Source: Marsupella aquatica | Taxonomy: Eukaryota > Plantae > Marchantiophyta | DNA: 64,000 bases | Direction of reading: 5' to 3' | NCBI GenBank assembly: GCA_973895155.1 | Contig: OZ316897.1 | Coordinates: 8,951,832 to 9,015,831 of the forward strand | Part shown: positions 36,347 to 48,643 of the stretch, piece by piece | Layout: each line of letters opens with the position of its first letter | How positions within the stretch are numbered: position 1 is the stretch's first letter | Notes under the pieces: model-generated | What the model was told of the DNA's origin: nothing | Database searches by the model: none | The model's input: the letters and a program-made list of their open reading frames with translations, nothing else | Translations under genes and position numbers: made by a program

Positions 36347-37438
36347 ACTTCTAGAAACTATGTTAGTAATCACACAAAGGGGTACAATAAGTTCTACACA
36401 TGCTAGAGTGTGGATAAAGGTCTAGATGGGTAGAATATATGATCTAGAACCTAATGTGTAAATATTAATCTAGGTTTGGGTTAAAGGTATTACAGTTGAT
36501 TCAGATAAAATTGAGCTACTACTTCTAAGATAAATAAATAAAACCACTAACCTGCTCCACAAAATATATCTGCCCACCCTTGTACAAGCTGAATGGGTAC
36601 CTAGCATGCCAACATTGTAACTCTTAGCACCACAGTGCTCACCAGTGCCCTTACTAAACCATGCATTCAACCATGCGGACCTTTAGAAACAAGGCACTAA
36701 CTTGAACAGAGGAGAGTCAGTGACCGTACCAAGCATTGTCTAAATGATAATGAACCAAAAAATGGATTGTGGAAGATCTATACTCACTTTTGAGAGGCAA
36801 AAAGCCAGCACATTACCCGGCACACGAGTGGACACCAACAGATCGGGCACGGGTGGATCACGCACGCACCCAACACACAAGTGGATAACAGAGAGATCAG
36901 CCGATCAGGCACAAGTGATAGGGGAGTCGCGAGCACACACCGCTGACAACTTGCCAATAGAAAGTTAAAATTGGACCTGAGATCATTGGACCTGAGATCA
37001 AGTGTATCAGTGGTAGGTGAGTCGCGCGTGGTCGTACATCCGTAGGTGAGTCGTGAGTGGTCGGATGCAGCATTGGCATGCATTGATGGCTTTGTACCGT
37101 CTTCAATCCTTCCGTTGCCTCCTCGCTTGAAGGGGGTATAGGAAGGCAGGCCTTGCGCTTGAGGCCTCATTTCCTTGCCTCCCTCTTCCCTCCTCTCTTT
37201 CCTCCTCTCTGGGCTCCTCTCTTGTCTCCTCACTCCCTGCCTCACTCTTGCCTTGCTCTTGGGCTTTTGCTTTTGCCTCGCTCTTGGGCGTTTATTTGCG
37301 CCTTGCTCCCTTCCCTTTTGGGTCGCTCGCCCGGTCATTGTTTGCCTGGCCTGTTGGTTCCCTCTTAATGCCCTCTTGTAGCCTGTGGCCTTCTCCTTTG
37401 CTGCCATGTGTCATTTTAAATCTCACCCGTCCGTTACA

Positions 37439-40400
37439 ATGTCTACTTCCTCTAGTTCTGGAGCTTCCACCACCCCTGCCAGTTCTGGAGAGTCATTGAA
37501 CTTCAATTATAACTCTATGTATGAATATGACCCTGAAGACCCGGATGTCCAAAAATTGGTTAACAATGCGTTGGCAGCGTCAAAGAAAGCCCAATTAACT
37601 TTTCCACGTAAGGCACCACCTACTTCAACTTCTTGCCTTGCCCCAACTTTACTTTAATTTGGATTCTTCAATAGGAAAGTTTTCTATATTACTTTTGCAG
37701 CCGCCTCGCCCCGAGGTAGAGGCGACATCTACTTCATTCTAGATTTCTTGTTGCTCCGAGGGCGTAGTGGACATTGTATCTTACTTTAATCAAGGATCTT
37801 TAGCTATATTCCATTTTGTGCCTTGCTCTCGGGGCGAGCCAATCTCTATTTCATTATGTAAACTTTAGTTATATCCTATTTGTTGCCTCGCCCCAAGGGC
37901 AAGGCGATGTCGTATGCATTCCTAATATTTGATTGCTTGGATGGGGTGGCCGGGTTAATATCACTAGTAGCAAAGAAGCTTTTGCAAACTTCTATTTGTC
38001 TTGGGACGAGGCACCTTCAAAGTTTTTCATATTCAATGTTAAAAATATGATGTTGACCATTTTGTTTTCAATGTTTCTTATCAGGAAAAAATCTTGAGAA
38101 GCCGGAGTTAAATATTATGGACGAGGATATCAAGGATTTTGTATTCCCTGGCCAAGATACTCCAGGATTTAGATGGGCACTAGAAGTTGGGGTGTCGGCG
38201 GAAGGCACTCTCTTGATTTATTTCAAGGGCCTCACAAGTCAATCATTGAATGACCGCAAGACAATTGTTACTCTAGGTCCAGTTGTCCTTGTGAACATAG
38301 ACAACAACCGCAATGCAACCATTATTGTTGAGTCCAGTGAGAAATCCCAGTGGATGAGACTTCTTGTGCCAATAAAACTCTACTTGACTTTACTTAATGT
38401 TGAGTGGATGGCTCGATTGGAGATAAGCGTAGCTGATATGGGATTCTTCCCGGATGGGGTAACAATTGATCAGATGTTTGAGAAGACTCGTTCTCAAATA
38501 AGTGGAGTTGACCTGGTGTTCGGATTTCTATATGTAAAGAAGCACATGCATGACAATGCAGAAAGTGTGGACCCTCTGTCTACTTGGATAGTTCAAAGGA
38601 TGATTGAGAAGGCACATTTCTAATATGAGCAGGCAATCGACAAGAGTTTCATTTTTTGTCCAGAGTTTCAAGAGGCCGCGTGCCAAACGTGGATTTTAGA
38701 GATGAAGAAAAAAGAAGCAAAGCATAAGGCAAAAGAGAGAAAGAAGACAGTGGAAAGAAGCGCGCAATCAAAGACAGAGAAGAAATGGAAGCTTCGAGAG
38801 CCAGTTGTTCAAGAAGAGAAACAATCTGGGACTTCACGCCGTAAGAAGATGGCTTTAAAAAAGGATGATGATGAGGGTCTAAAGAAAAAGCAGACAAAGA
38901 AGGCAAAGGTTGCAAGATCAAAACCAATGCGAGTGTCGACATCAAACTTTGTCTTGCATCCAGAGGATGATAGGTGTCCAACAGAAGGACCCGAAGAAGA
39001 TGATGTGCTCAAAGGCCAAGAAGTTTTGCGTAATATTGAGCAATATTATACTTTTGGCATCCGCAAAATTTTTGATATTCCTGTCAAAAGTATTATTCCG
39101 CCATCAGCCGTTTTTGTATATCAAATGTTCAATCATTCGCATGCAATGGAGATATCCAAGTCTATGATGAAAAACCCTGGACAGGAACCACAAGTTGTTG
39201 ATTTGATTCCGTATCGCGAGAGCACTAAACAGTTGCTTCATTATGACAACACACCTCAAGATAGGAAAGAGTTTTTGATTGGTGTGAAGAAGTAGGAGAA
39301 GAAGTGGCTAGCATTCTGCAAGAGCTACCCAATGGATCCAAGGGTGGGCCGAAATTGATGCCAAGTTGACAGACCTAGCCAACAAACTAAAGTATAGGAA
39401 AGCAAGGATCCTATCTGACCTCACTCCGAAGACAATTTTGGTTGAGCATTCAAGTTTATCGAACGCTGTCAATAATACTATGCAATTTAAGTCTTGTTTT
39501 TTAGAGACTATTGTTCATGCAAGAAGGCAATTTGAGGAGTGCGGGAAACCGCCGCGTCCAGGGATTGGGACCAATCAAAATACAGACAGGAAAAACTATC
39601 AGGTACATTTATGAGCAAGGCAAACTATTCTTGATCCCCTTTGATTAAAGATTGTGGTAGAGGTTTGCCTCGCCCTTAGGGCGAGGCTACCTTGTCTTAT
39701 TTTCCTTGGTTAGAAGATTAAAGCAAATGCTTGCCTTGCCCTCAGGGCAAGGCAACCTAGACTAGTCTCTCTAAGAATATTGCCCGAGTTCCATTTCTGT
39801 CAATTGTGGTTGGATGCAGAAGTTTGCCTCGCCCTTAGGGCGAGACGGCCTAGCCCGTTTCAGACATCTAGATATAAAATTTCTACCATATGCATTGTAC
39901 CTTGAAACTAATGTCAAGTCCATTGGATATGCAGAATTGGTTTTCCCTGGCAAAGGTCACAATGGGGAAGTCAAGCTTGAAGAGCATTTACTGGTTACTT
40001 TTTGACGAGGATGAGCTCTTTGAATTATGGCGGAATGTGTGTGGACAATGGTTGAGTGGAAAGCTCCAAGACGGCGCTGGTGGGTATGGAGGGCCAAGAC
40101 CCCCAAAATCGATCGTTCCCGGTACCTTTCGATGCTTTGAAGGAGAGATTAGTAGTGAACAAATAATTGAGATCTTGAAGGACGTTCAAGGGGAGAGTGC
40201 CTTGATGAAGAAAGATATCACCAACAAATCAGAGCTTGTCGCAATGGGAGACTTGGCACTTACAATCAAGATAATGTCCAAACTGAGAACAATCATTACT
40301 GGCTATTTTGTGGAAAAGTATCGTGAGAAGTTTCCCGTTGGCACATCTTGGGAGTCTCTAGTGACGTTGTTGCCTTCCTTGAAATCTGAGCTTGAGATGA

Positions 40401-41928
40401 CAAAGTTGAGGAGAGCAGCGGGTGAGGTTTACCTCAACAATTTGTTGAAGAAGAACGTGGTCAAGGAGAGTTTCCCACAAAGTCTGATGGTCAGACTAGA
40501 TGGGTTGTATTGTAAACAATTTGGTGGGATTGGTCGTTCCTGCACGGAGCCTTTCTTGACATTTTTTAGTGATAATTTGATGAAGACGACCATGCCGGAG
40601 ATGCTACAAGAGCCTTCGCCTTTGTGTCCTCTTGCCATTGTTGACTTCAGTAGGCTCCAACAACATGTTTGAACTGATGCTGAAATTATTGCATTACTGC
40701 AATACATTGTGGATCTTCCAAGAAATCCAACAATTGTTGTTGTCATGACTGTGCATCCGGGGCCACTTGCTACAAACATTTTGAGTGCCCTTAGGAAATT
40801 GCAGCATGAAAAGGGAATGGACATCCACGTTGACTACGGGAGCTATCGACGGAGTGATACACCAGTTCCAGAGGGCTTACTTTTCAATTGTGGTATGGAG
40901 GAGAGAGTCTTTGCAGGAATCACCACTGAGGAGAAATTTGATTGGAAGCAAGTGTTTAGGCCTGGATTTAATTGCAAATTTTCTTACAATTCGGCGATAG
41001 ACCTTGATTTCCAAGTGGGAGACAAGATGGAGAAGCGAGATAAGAATAAGAGTAAGACAAGTAAGGAGACAGAGGCCGAGTCAACTGCGACATTTCACAT
41101 TGGAGATTCTTGCAAAAGGATCCCATGTTTGAGATGGTGGGAAGTAGAGGTGGCTTTGTGAATATTCACGCTAAGCCGAAATGTATGTTGCAGAGTATTA
41201 TTGAATTTTTTTTGGCTGAAGGGGAAACTATCCTTGACTTTTTCTTGGGAGGACAGGTTATGAAGGTGTCCTTGTTGTGTTTCAGAGAATGCTTTGCGTA
41301 TTCAGACACTGAGGATGAATATGATTTCACTCAAGCATATGGAAGGGTTATCTGCGAGAAGGTTCCTTCCATAATGAGTCATCGGATGGGCGGTTCCAAA
41401 TTTGGCAGATCTTGCGATGGGGTTTTTGAGCATGTTGGCGCCAAAGAAGGTGTAGAGCAGGGTGAAGATGAGATTGACGAAGGAGAATTGGGTCACGACA
41501 CAAACGACAGGGTCACCAGAATTTTGGATGAACGTGGAACACTTGAAGTGGTAGGTACTCCTTACTTTGGTGTGGGGTTGACCAATGTTGTGGGTCGACC
41601 TAGAGGCGACCCACCAAAAAATCCCTTTGCCAATGTAGAGAATTGGATGCACCAATCGGACCTAGATCTTACATCGTCCACATTGGACGCACAATGGAAG
41701 GCAACCGCAGGTGATCTAGGCAATATTGGCGAAGTAGAATTGGAAGAAATGCCAGATATTGCGCTTGCAAAGGAGGATGATCGCCAAGTGCCTGAGACCG
41801 CTGCAAATGAAGAAGAGAAGGCAGGTGCTTCAACTCCTTCCCTGTCTCCTCTATATTGCTCATCAGGGAGTAAATTGGTTTTTACAAGTGCTTCTACAGG
41901 AAGCCCTGTAGTATTATCATTTTCATAA
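37439..41928 (+). pseudogene. ParB/Srx-like plus N4C/N6A methyltransferase-like gene (copy C), Sola-like element cargo
   Basis: FGIRKIFDIPVKSIIPP...HAMEISKSMMKNP...KWLA[deletion]HSARA...KARIL (ParB-like). VNIHAKPKCMLQSIIEFFLAEGETILDFFLGG...LCFREC matches MTase motifs X-I (KPxxL..I...GdxvLDfFxG). Introns at ~37608-38084 and ~39603-39863; stops and frameshifts. Confidence 0.65.
37703..39846. promoter_or_regulatory. Intronic 21-bp palindrome GCCTCGCCC-NNN-GGGCGAGGC
   Basis: Copies at 37703, 37820, 37885, 39667, 39733 and 39826; partial copies at ~37750, ~37995 and ~42432. The full copies lie only in the two introns of gene C. Confidence 0.75.
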
Positions 41929-42571
41929 AATTCTGGATCCGAGTTAGGCAGGACTGGATATATGAAAACAGTCCGTCGTGCAACTCATTTCATATGGAGA
42001 AATGGACCAAAGGTTGGAATGATAGAATCACTAGACGAAGCTCCAAAGATAATGGCAAAATTAGATTACAAAAAAATGAGCTTGAGATTAAGCCCAATTT
42101 TTGCACCCCCATCCTTTGAAGAGCAACTTCTCGGTGGCATTAATTCTGAGATATAGAGTGTTCTAGGTGATCAGACGATAGATGAATTTGGGCATTTTAA
42201 CATCGGAAATTATTAGCCTTTTCTTTGGTTCTTGGTATTTTAATGACAATCTAAGCTTTATCTTTGTAATAATATACTTTTTTATAGACCAAAGTTGCGT
42301 CATAGAATCTCCTTCCTCAAATGATTTTAATGGCATTCCCTCGGAAAGCGTTGCTGTGGAGGAAGGGTTTGACCCAGGTATACCTTGGATCTAAAAAGTA
42401 GCAAATTTTGAATGTAATTGTTTTTCTAGGAGGGTCGCCCTAGGGTCGTTCCTCTCTCCTTCAAATGTTATAACAAAGTTTGTTTGATTTCAAATTTTGA
42501 GATTTTTCCTTGGTAGTAATTGTTTAAACGTTGAGTCACATTGACTAAGGGCTTATTTTAATGTTTCCAGA

Positions 42572-43474
42572 CTTCACTCCAATACTACACTCTCCGATCC
42601 GGTGAAAGCTCTTGGTTCTTGATCTTAACAAGATTTGTTGGGATTGCATTAAGACAAGAAGCTTAGGACCATGGCGAAATCAGACAAGTTTACGTGGTGT
42701 GCACTGGGGGGACATGGAGGGTTTAATTTCATGTATGTGGAGCACCCCTACCTCCATGAATTTCTATATGCAGCTTTCATGGCTTTTGACGTTGCAATTT
42801 GGACCTGTGCAAGGAGGCCAAAAACAATGGACTTAATGGAGATGATTTTCACTGAGGAGGAGCGACAGAAGTTCAAGTTTGTCTTTACTCAAGAAAATAC
42901 CTTTGATAGTTGCATCCAAAGGCCAGATATAACAGACAGGAAGGCCAATTTACTTTTGAAGAATCTGCAAACCATTTGGGACCGCTTTCCAGAAAAATAT
43001 GATGCTTCTAATACAGTTCTTATTGATGATTCTCCATCGAAGGCATTTTTGAATTATGATGTGAATGGATTGTTTCCAAATCCATTTACTCACACAGCTT
43101 CAAATGACACTTTTTTGCCCGAGATATTATGGCCGTATCTTTGCAAATTGAGAAAGGCCTACTGTGTTCAACATTATATCACTGTAAACAATCCAAAGTG
43201 GTATGTTTTCAATTTATTAACAAGCAAGGAGGATCATGCTGCCATCTATGCTCTTTTGGAGGTGAAGTGGGGAGATTGTCGTTGTATCGTTGGAACCATC
43301 TCGGATGTGACTCATGAAGAGATTCCTTGGGACGGAAAGAAGGAGGTGCAACATTACCCACCACTAGAGACGTGGACCACGGATGAGATCGAAGAAACTA
43401 CAAATGCTATACTTGGAGACAACTATTATGGTCCTCATAGACAAAATAGAAGACATTTTATTTGGAAAGTCTAA
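42572..43474 (+). pseudogene. FCP1/NIF-family (CTD-phosphatase-like HAD) domain gene, transposon cargo
   Basis: KLLVLDLN (motif I, then a frameshift) ... PYLHEFL...FDVAIWTCA...KNLQTIW...NTVLIDDSPSKAFLN..N. Confidence 0.75.
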
Positions 43475-44046
43475 GAACTAGGGATCTCACCAATAAGTTT
43501 AAGAACCACCATGCGAGAGATACTTGCAACCGTGACATCCGCTATGATAAATCAGGAAGCAGACTTTCTTGTTCAAATGAGTTTTGTCTTGATCATTAGG
43601 AGATAGGGTTGCTCTAGTGCCTACCCTGAATTGTGCATTCATATTATGTCTTGAAAAGGATATGTCTTGAACATGTAGGATAAAGTAAACAATTAGAATA
43701 TGCTTAGTGTGAGGCTCTCTCACTGGACTGGACAATTTATTAATTATATAGTGGGTCAATCTCATTATGACCCTTGATTTATCATCATAGATATTTTTTA
43801 ATTTATGGTCTGAGTGATATTGGCCTCTGATTTTTGGACTGAATCAAATTTACTTTAATTTATAAATTAATTAGAATATATGATTTAAGTTATTATTAAA
43901 CATTTGGGTGAAGAAAACAAAATTTTGGGCATTCAAAAGTGCATATTTGGGCTGAAAAAAATTAAGATTTGGGAATGATTTAAAAGAAATTTGCCCCGAA
44001 AAAAAAAACTTTAGGGTTCATATTTTGGACTTTTAAAAGTACAATT

Positions 44047-45115
44047 TTAATGAATACAGTGATTTGGTGCTCTAGAGACAGCACCTCCTAAGCCCTCTGA
44101 AGCCCTACTAGTCGTTGTACTCTCGATTGCCTTACTTCCTCCCCCCTCCGTGTGCTCAACAATCTCTTTTCCTCTGGTTTTCTTATGACCTTCAACTATT
44201 GATCCTGCTCCAACAGAGCTTCCATCTTTGTGTGCTACTTTGCTTCCACCCTTGTCGGTAGGCAAGCTTGGGGGGTCACTATATGAAGGGTCATACATCA
44301 CGTGCGACGGTTTGGGTCATTTAAGACCCCCCTAAGTCACTTTCTATAAAGTTGTACACCACCAATCATGTGATGAAACGTATGCATTTTGCAATTAAAC
44401 AACCCTATACACTTCCATGGAAGTGACCCCCCCCGAGTAGGCAAGACACTTTGTTTCCCCTTTTTCTTACTTACATCAGCAGAACCAGCTATTGACCCTC
44501 CACCTGCCGAGCTCCCATCTTTGTTAAGCGTGCCACCACTAATTTCTTTGTTCCTCTTCAACATTATTTTCAAACGTGGCTAGAAATCCTCACCGACAAG
44601 CTTCCGGTATTCCATCTGAACCCTGGGCAACAAGTGCACCTCATTTTCTGCTACAAAGTTTGTAAACCAATCCACCTCTAAAGCCGCAGTCTCCATAATG
44701 TCAGCGACCTCGCGCACAATTGGATCCGTATCATATCGGGCCATAGTCTTAGCATCATAAAACTCTAAGCACAAAATGAGCGATGTGAATCCCTTTTCCC
44801 CTATCATCGTCAGAAATGTGAGGGCCTCTTTGGCCACTTTGTCCTTCCCCTTCCCCTGAAAGTATGGACATATGGCTACACCAACGACCGGACCAAATGC
44901 CAGAGTAATCTTCTCAGGTTTCTTGACCTGAATCCATATCACCGGGCCCTCGTAATGTCCTTCAAGATTTGCATTCCGACCATCACAAAGATACCAAGAT
45001 TTCTTGAGAAATTCATGCTCGTCACACAGTTTTGCATTCACCCAAATCGCATTGGACAAGCCTTTCGCATTGGAGTCTCGCGATCTTGCGATGTACTCTT
45101 CGGACTTTCCGCCAT
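44047..45115 (-). pseudogene. Unknown accessory gene of the Sola-like element
   Basis: Consecutive minus-strand ORFs (44580-45059, 44337-44573, 44047-44301) from an ATG at 45115, with an internally repeated KDGSS.G.GSI...KK.GK motif. No domain recognised. Confidence 0.4.
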
Positions 45116-45134
45116 CTTAATTCTCAATGGGAAG

Positions 45135-45484
45135 AGCGATAAAATTATCGCTGATTTTCTACCAAACACTGATTGTAACACTCCCTTCACTCGACAACCC
45201 ACTTACAAATAGAGGCGGAACGACAAGCACGATAATCTTATCGACAATCTACTTCAAAACCTAAAACTATTGGGAATGGTGGAACCGATAATATTATCGC
45301 CAGTATGTTCAAGAACAAATAGTTCCCTTAACCCCTGGACAGGCTCCAACTAGTCTTGGAATGGAGAGGGCGATAATATTATCGGCTCTTTTTGGGGGAC
45401 CTCTTACTACCCGTCTTACTAATTCCTCCCCTATTGCTGATCTTCTTTTAGACGAGCAATGCTTAGGCCGATAAATTTATCGGC
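45135..45484. promoter_or_regulatory. Cluster of five CGATAA-NN-TTATCG palindromes
   Basis: Cores at 45137, 45230, 45286, 45371 and 45469, directly upstream of the minus-strand gene starting at 45115. Confidence 0.7.
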
Positions 45485-47429
45485 TTTGCCTTGCAAATGG
45501 CTCTTATTAGTCCTCGACGAATGCTCTACTTGTTGTGACTCTAAGGGGAATGTGAGTCTGCATCAAACGCCTCTTTGCGTTTAATCCATGGGCTAATGTC
45601 TCATGCAAAAAAAAAACATGTTAATGGGAGTGATTAGTCCTTATATAGTTTTTAGCAATAACCATAGTTAGTTTAGTGATAACCCTGGTTAAGTTAAGGT
45701 TAACCCATGGTTAAGGCATGGTCGACTGCATGGTTTTGATGGAATTACTTCAGAACATCACTATGTGTGGAACGATACTCCTATCATTCTCAACATTTGA
45801 CGGAGAGAAAATGGATATATTGTCGCAAGAACCTTTTTCTATCAGTTTTCTCGTTACTTAACCACATTTTTGGAATTGGGACAAACGAGAAGGATGGTCA
45901 CCCTTCTCGTTTGGTCCGTCACTGTGTTAACAAGGAAATTCAATCTCTTACACATTTGAAACCAAAATGCATAATTAACAAAAGTCAAGGAAATATAATT
46001 CTCCTTTCATAGAATATAACTCTAGGATTTTTTAAATCAGGGTTCAACATTGCGCTACCTCCATCACCATAGCTTATGGAAGGATATGACCACTTTAAGA
46101 TGTTAAAAGGGACACAAAACCCCTCTTTGATTGCTTCCCAAATTTATACTCTCATTTCTCCTCATTCTAATATTAGTTCACCAAGCCCACAAAGATCTTT
46201 CTGGACATTGTGCACAGCCCCAACTAGTAAACTGTCGGCAACAGGATTCAATACTCTAGCAATGCGCAACTTGGTATGAATGCTACTAGTCTTTGTTTAC
46301 CAATGGCAGTACTAAAACTCATGAGAATGGACTTTTACCCTAGAAAGCTTGAAAGGAATTCCCCTTAGTTTAGACTTCCACAAAATTCTTACTAATCATA
46401 CATGGTCAAAGATATTCTGGACAACTCTAGAGTTTCATAAGGAAAGAGTTTCATATATTGGATCTCAAGCCACTCCTATCTATGATCCGACATACAAATC
46501 ACAGGTATTTATGTAGTTTTACTCCTATATCCGAATTCCACATGGAATCTAATATAGAAAGAAGTTAGTCTCATTTTCTTCACCTAAGGAGCGAAATTTA
46601 AAATATCTATTAAATGTCTCCATAATCAATAACAAAGGAACAATTTCTTTGGCTAAGATATGCAAGAACTAACTTACCTAACTAGTGTATCACCCTTCCT
46701 TATAAAATGCCTCAAGCAAGGATGGTCGAAGAGGGAATGAAAAGGTGTAACTTTTCACTCCTTAAAAACCAAAAACTAACTAAAATAAATATTAAGGACA
46801 TCATTGGAAAGATGAAAAGACGTAACTCTTCATCCTCCAAAGAAAACTAATATGTAAAACAAAGTAGAACTAATTAAAACTTATGTAATTAATGCAAATA
46901 TAACAATAGACTAACATAGATCTGTAAACCAACTCCAACAAGTCTAAAATTTTGCCAATAAGTAGATTATCCTTCAAAGATCAACATGACAAATTTCTAG
47001 CTCAACCGGTGTTTTGTAAGACTTTCAAATATCCAGGAGCTTTGGACCAAAAACACATAAAGTGTATTAGGCTTGGGCACTTTTGAGGGATATCTTTTAT
47101 CAAATGGTTGAGGGCCTCTTGAAAGTGCCCCATCTAGCAGGTTAATTTGGACACGACTCATGAACATCCTTGTAAATGTCTGATGACATCCAATGACATT
47201 CATTGTTAAACTTGAGTGATATGTTTTTATAAGTCAACAAATGACTTAAATGCAATAAAAAAACTCAAAAAAAATTAAAAGTTTATCATTTCATCATTTT
47301 TTCCTCATTTTTTAGGGATTCTTACATATGTGGCGTAGCACAGCCTGCGTGTTAAGTTTGCTCAATGGGCTTTACTTTTGATTTTGCTGATTTAGTTGAG
47401 GTCAGTGATTCTAGCACTAGTCAATACCA

Positions 47430-48640
47430 TTCGATGTAATCACTTCCATCCTAGTGATGACAATAACATCCAATGCAAGCACTTCAATTCCACAACCATG
47501 ACAATAGCATCCAATGCAAGCACTTCAATTACTCTTTTGCCAAGGCAGTCTTCGACACAATTCCTCTAATGTGTAATTGCTTCACACTCTGAATAGACAT
47601 ACACTTGCAGGTGGCACATAGGTGATGCACTGATAAGCCCCTTCTGTGAGCTGACAGTGTGTTAAACAAAACGTGTGGAAAGCTACAAAAACAATTTACA
47701 AAGTACAATTACCTGAAGGTACACAACCAACATTCCAACTCGATGGAAGTACATACTTTAAGTTCCACCTCAAATGCTCCTGGTCCGTTGTTTCGATTCT
47801 CCATGAAAATTACAAAATGCAGACAAACCGGGAGACAAGCTAAGATATTTCAATTTCAGAGTTCACACTAATTCCGATTCTCATATCACTACGCCTATGT
47901 ACTGTGATAACAATGCCAAATCCCCGATCAATCTACTGTTATACAGAGCACCCTTTCCAAGGTCACAATCCGACCATGGATCCTACTCACACTCTGCCTA
48001 ATCAATCAATGATTCACTTCCCCTCCCTTGGATCCTACTCACACTCTGCCTAATCAATCAATGATTCACTTCCCCTCCCTGCGGCTCGCGTCTTGCCTTT
48101 CATCGTGTCGAAAACTGCATCTCCCACCATTGCGTTCGACGGCCCAAAGCTCTCCTTAGGTGCTTTGCAGCTTGTGCAAAGATCAGCCAGCATCATTGAG
48201 TTTTGACAATAATTTCATTTCAAAAAAGCGAACAAGTCATCTAATATGAAACAGATCCCTCATGCTTAAAGTCACAATATATTGTACTTGATATGCTCCA
48301 ATCAGGAAATGAGTAGTTGACGTCCGACCATCAAATTATGCAAATGATAGATTTCATTTCATTCGACCTTTGAAAAGCAATATCCGGTTCAAGCGCATTA
48401 GTAATCTAGTGGAACACAACTCACTCATGCTGCAACGACATAATAAGTTCAATCAGGAAATGAGTAGCCGACGTTAGTCAAGTTGTGAAAATTATATGTG
48501 GTCATCATTTCCTCCTTGAAAGACAATATGTTGATCATACATTCACGTACTGGGGCACGCATAGTGTTCAGTCTGCTCCTCCCATTCAGACTAACGTAAA
48601 TTGCGCCAAACCGACCTGCTTCTGTACCATCATCAGACCC
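47430..48640. repeat. Diverged duplicate of the rubredoxin gene 3' region (paralogous to ~54240-55680)
   Basis: Shared collinear strings: CACTTCCATCCTAG, AAGTTCCACCT, CTATGTACTGTGATAACAATGCCA, TTGCGTTCGACGGC.CAAAGCTCTCCTT, CAATCAGGAAATGAG, GGGGCAC...CAGTCTGCTCCTCCCA. Confidence 0.8.
48065..48620 (-). pseudogene. Rubredoxin-like remnant (last two exons) immediately downstream of the HNL stop codon
   Basis: EWEEQTEHYACP|GTACGT intron, then CKAPKESFGPSNA, matching the intact gene's PWEEQTDEYQCP|VCTAPKESFVPSNA. Confidence 0.7.
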
Positions 48641-48643
48641 TGA

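Larger units (their letters stand above)
19837..45760. mobile_element. Large Sola-like (DUF7869) DNA transposon with multiple cargo genes; left end truncated, right end approximate
   Basis: DUF7869-type DDD transposase plus flanking accessory pseudogenes. Similar ATTTGG repeat clusters at ~20870-21120 and ~43890-44040. Short TAACC..GGTTA palindromes near 45657-45715 may be subterminal. No TIR/TSD pair could be fixed. Confidence 0.5.

Noticed and set aside
36784-37407. 207-aa basic ORF on the minus strand
   Set aside because: Product of a pyrimidine-rich low-complexity promoter/UTR tract; no domain.
20829-44063. 18/19-nt inverted match TTTTAATGAATA(T/C)AGTGAT at ~20829-20847 and ~44045-44063 as possible TIRs
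   Set aside because: AT-rich, does not extend, has no TSD, and such matches are expected by chance in 64 kb.
45760-47300. Possible decayed retroelement pol sequence
   Set aside because: No convincing RT, RNase H or integrase motif could be reconstructed.
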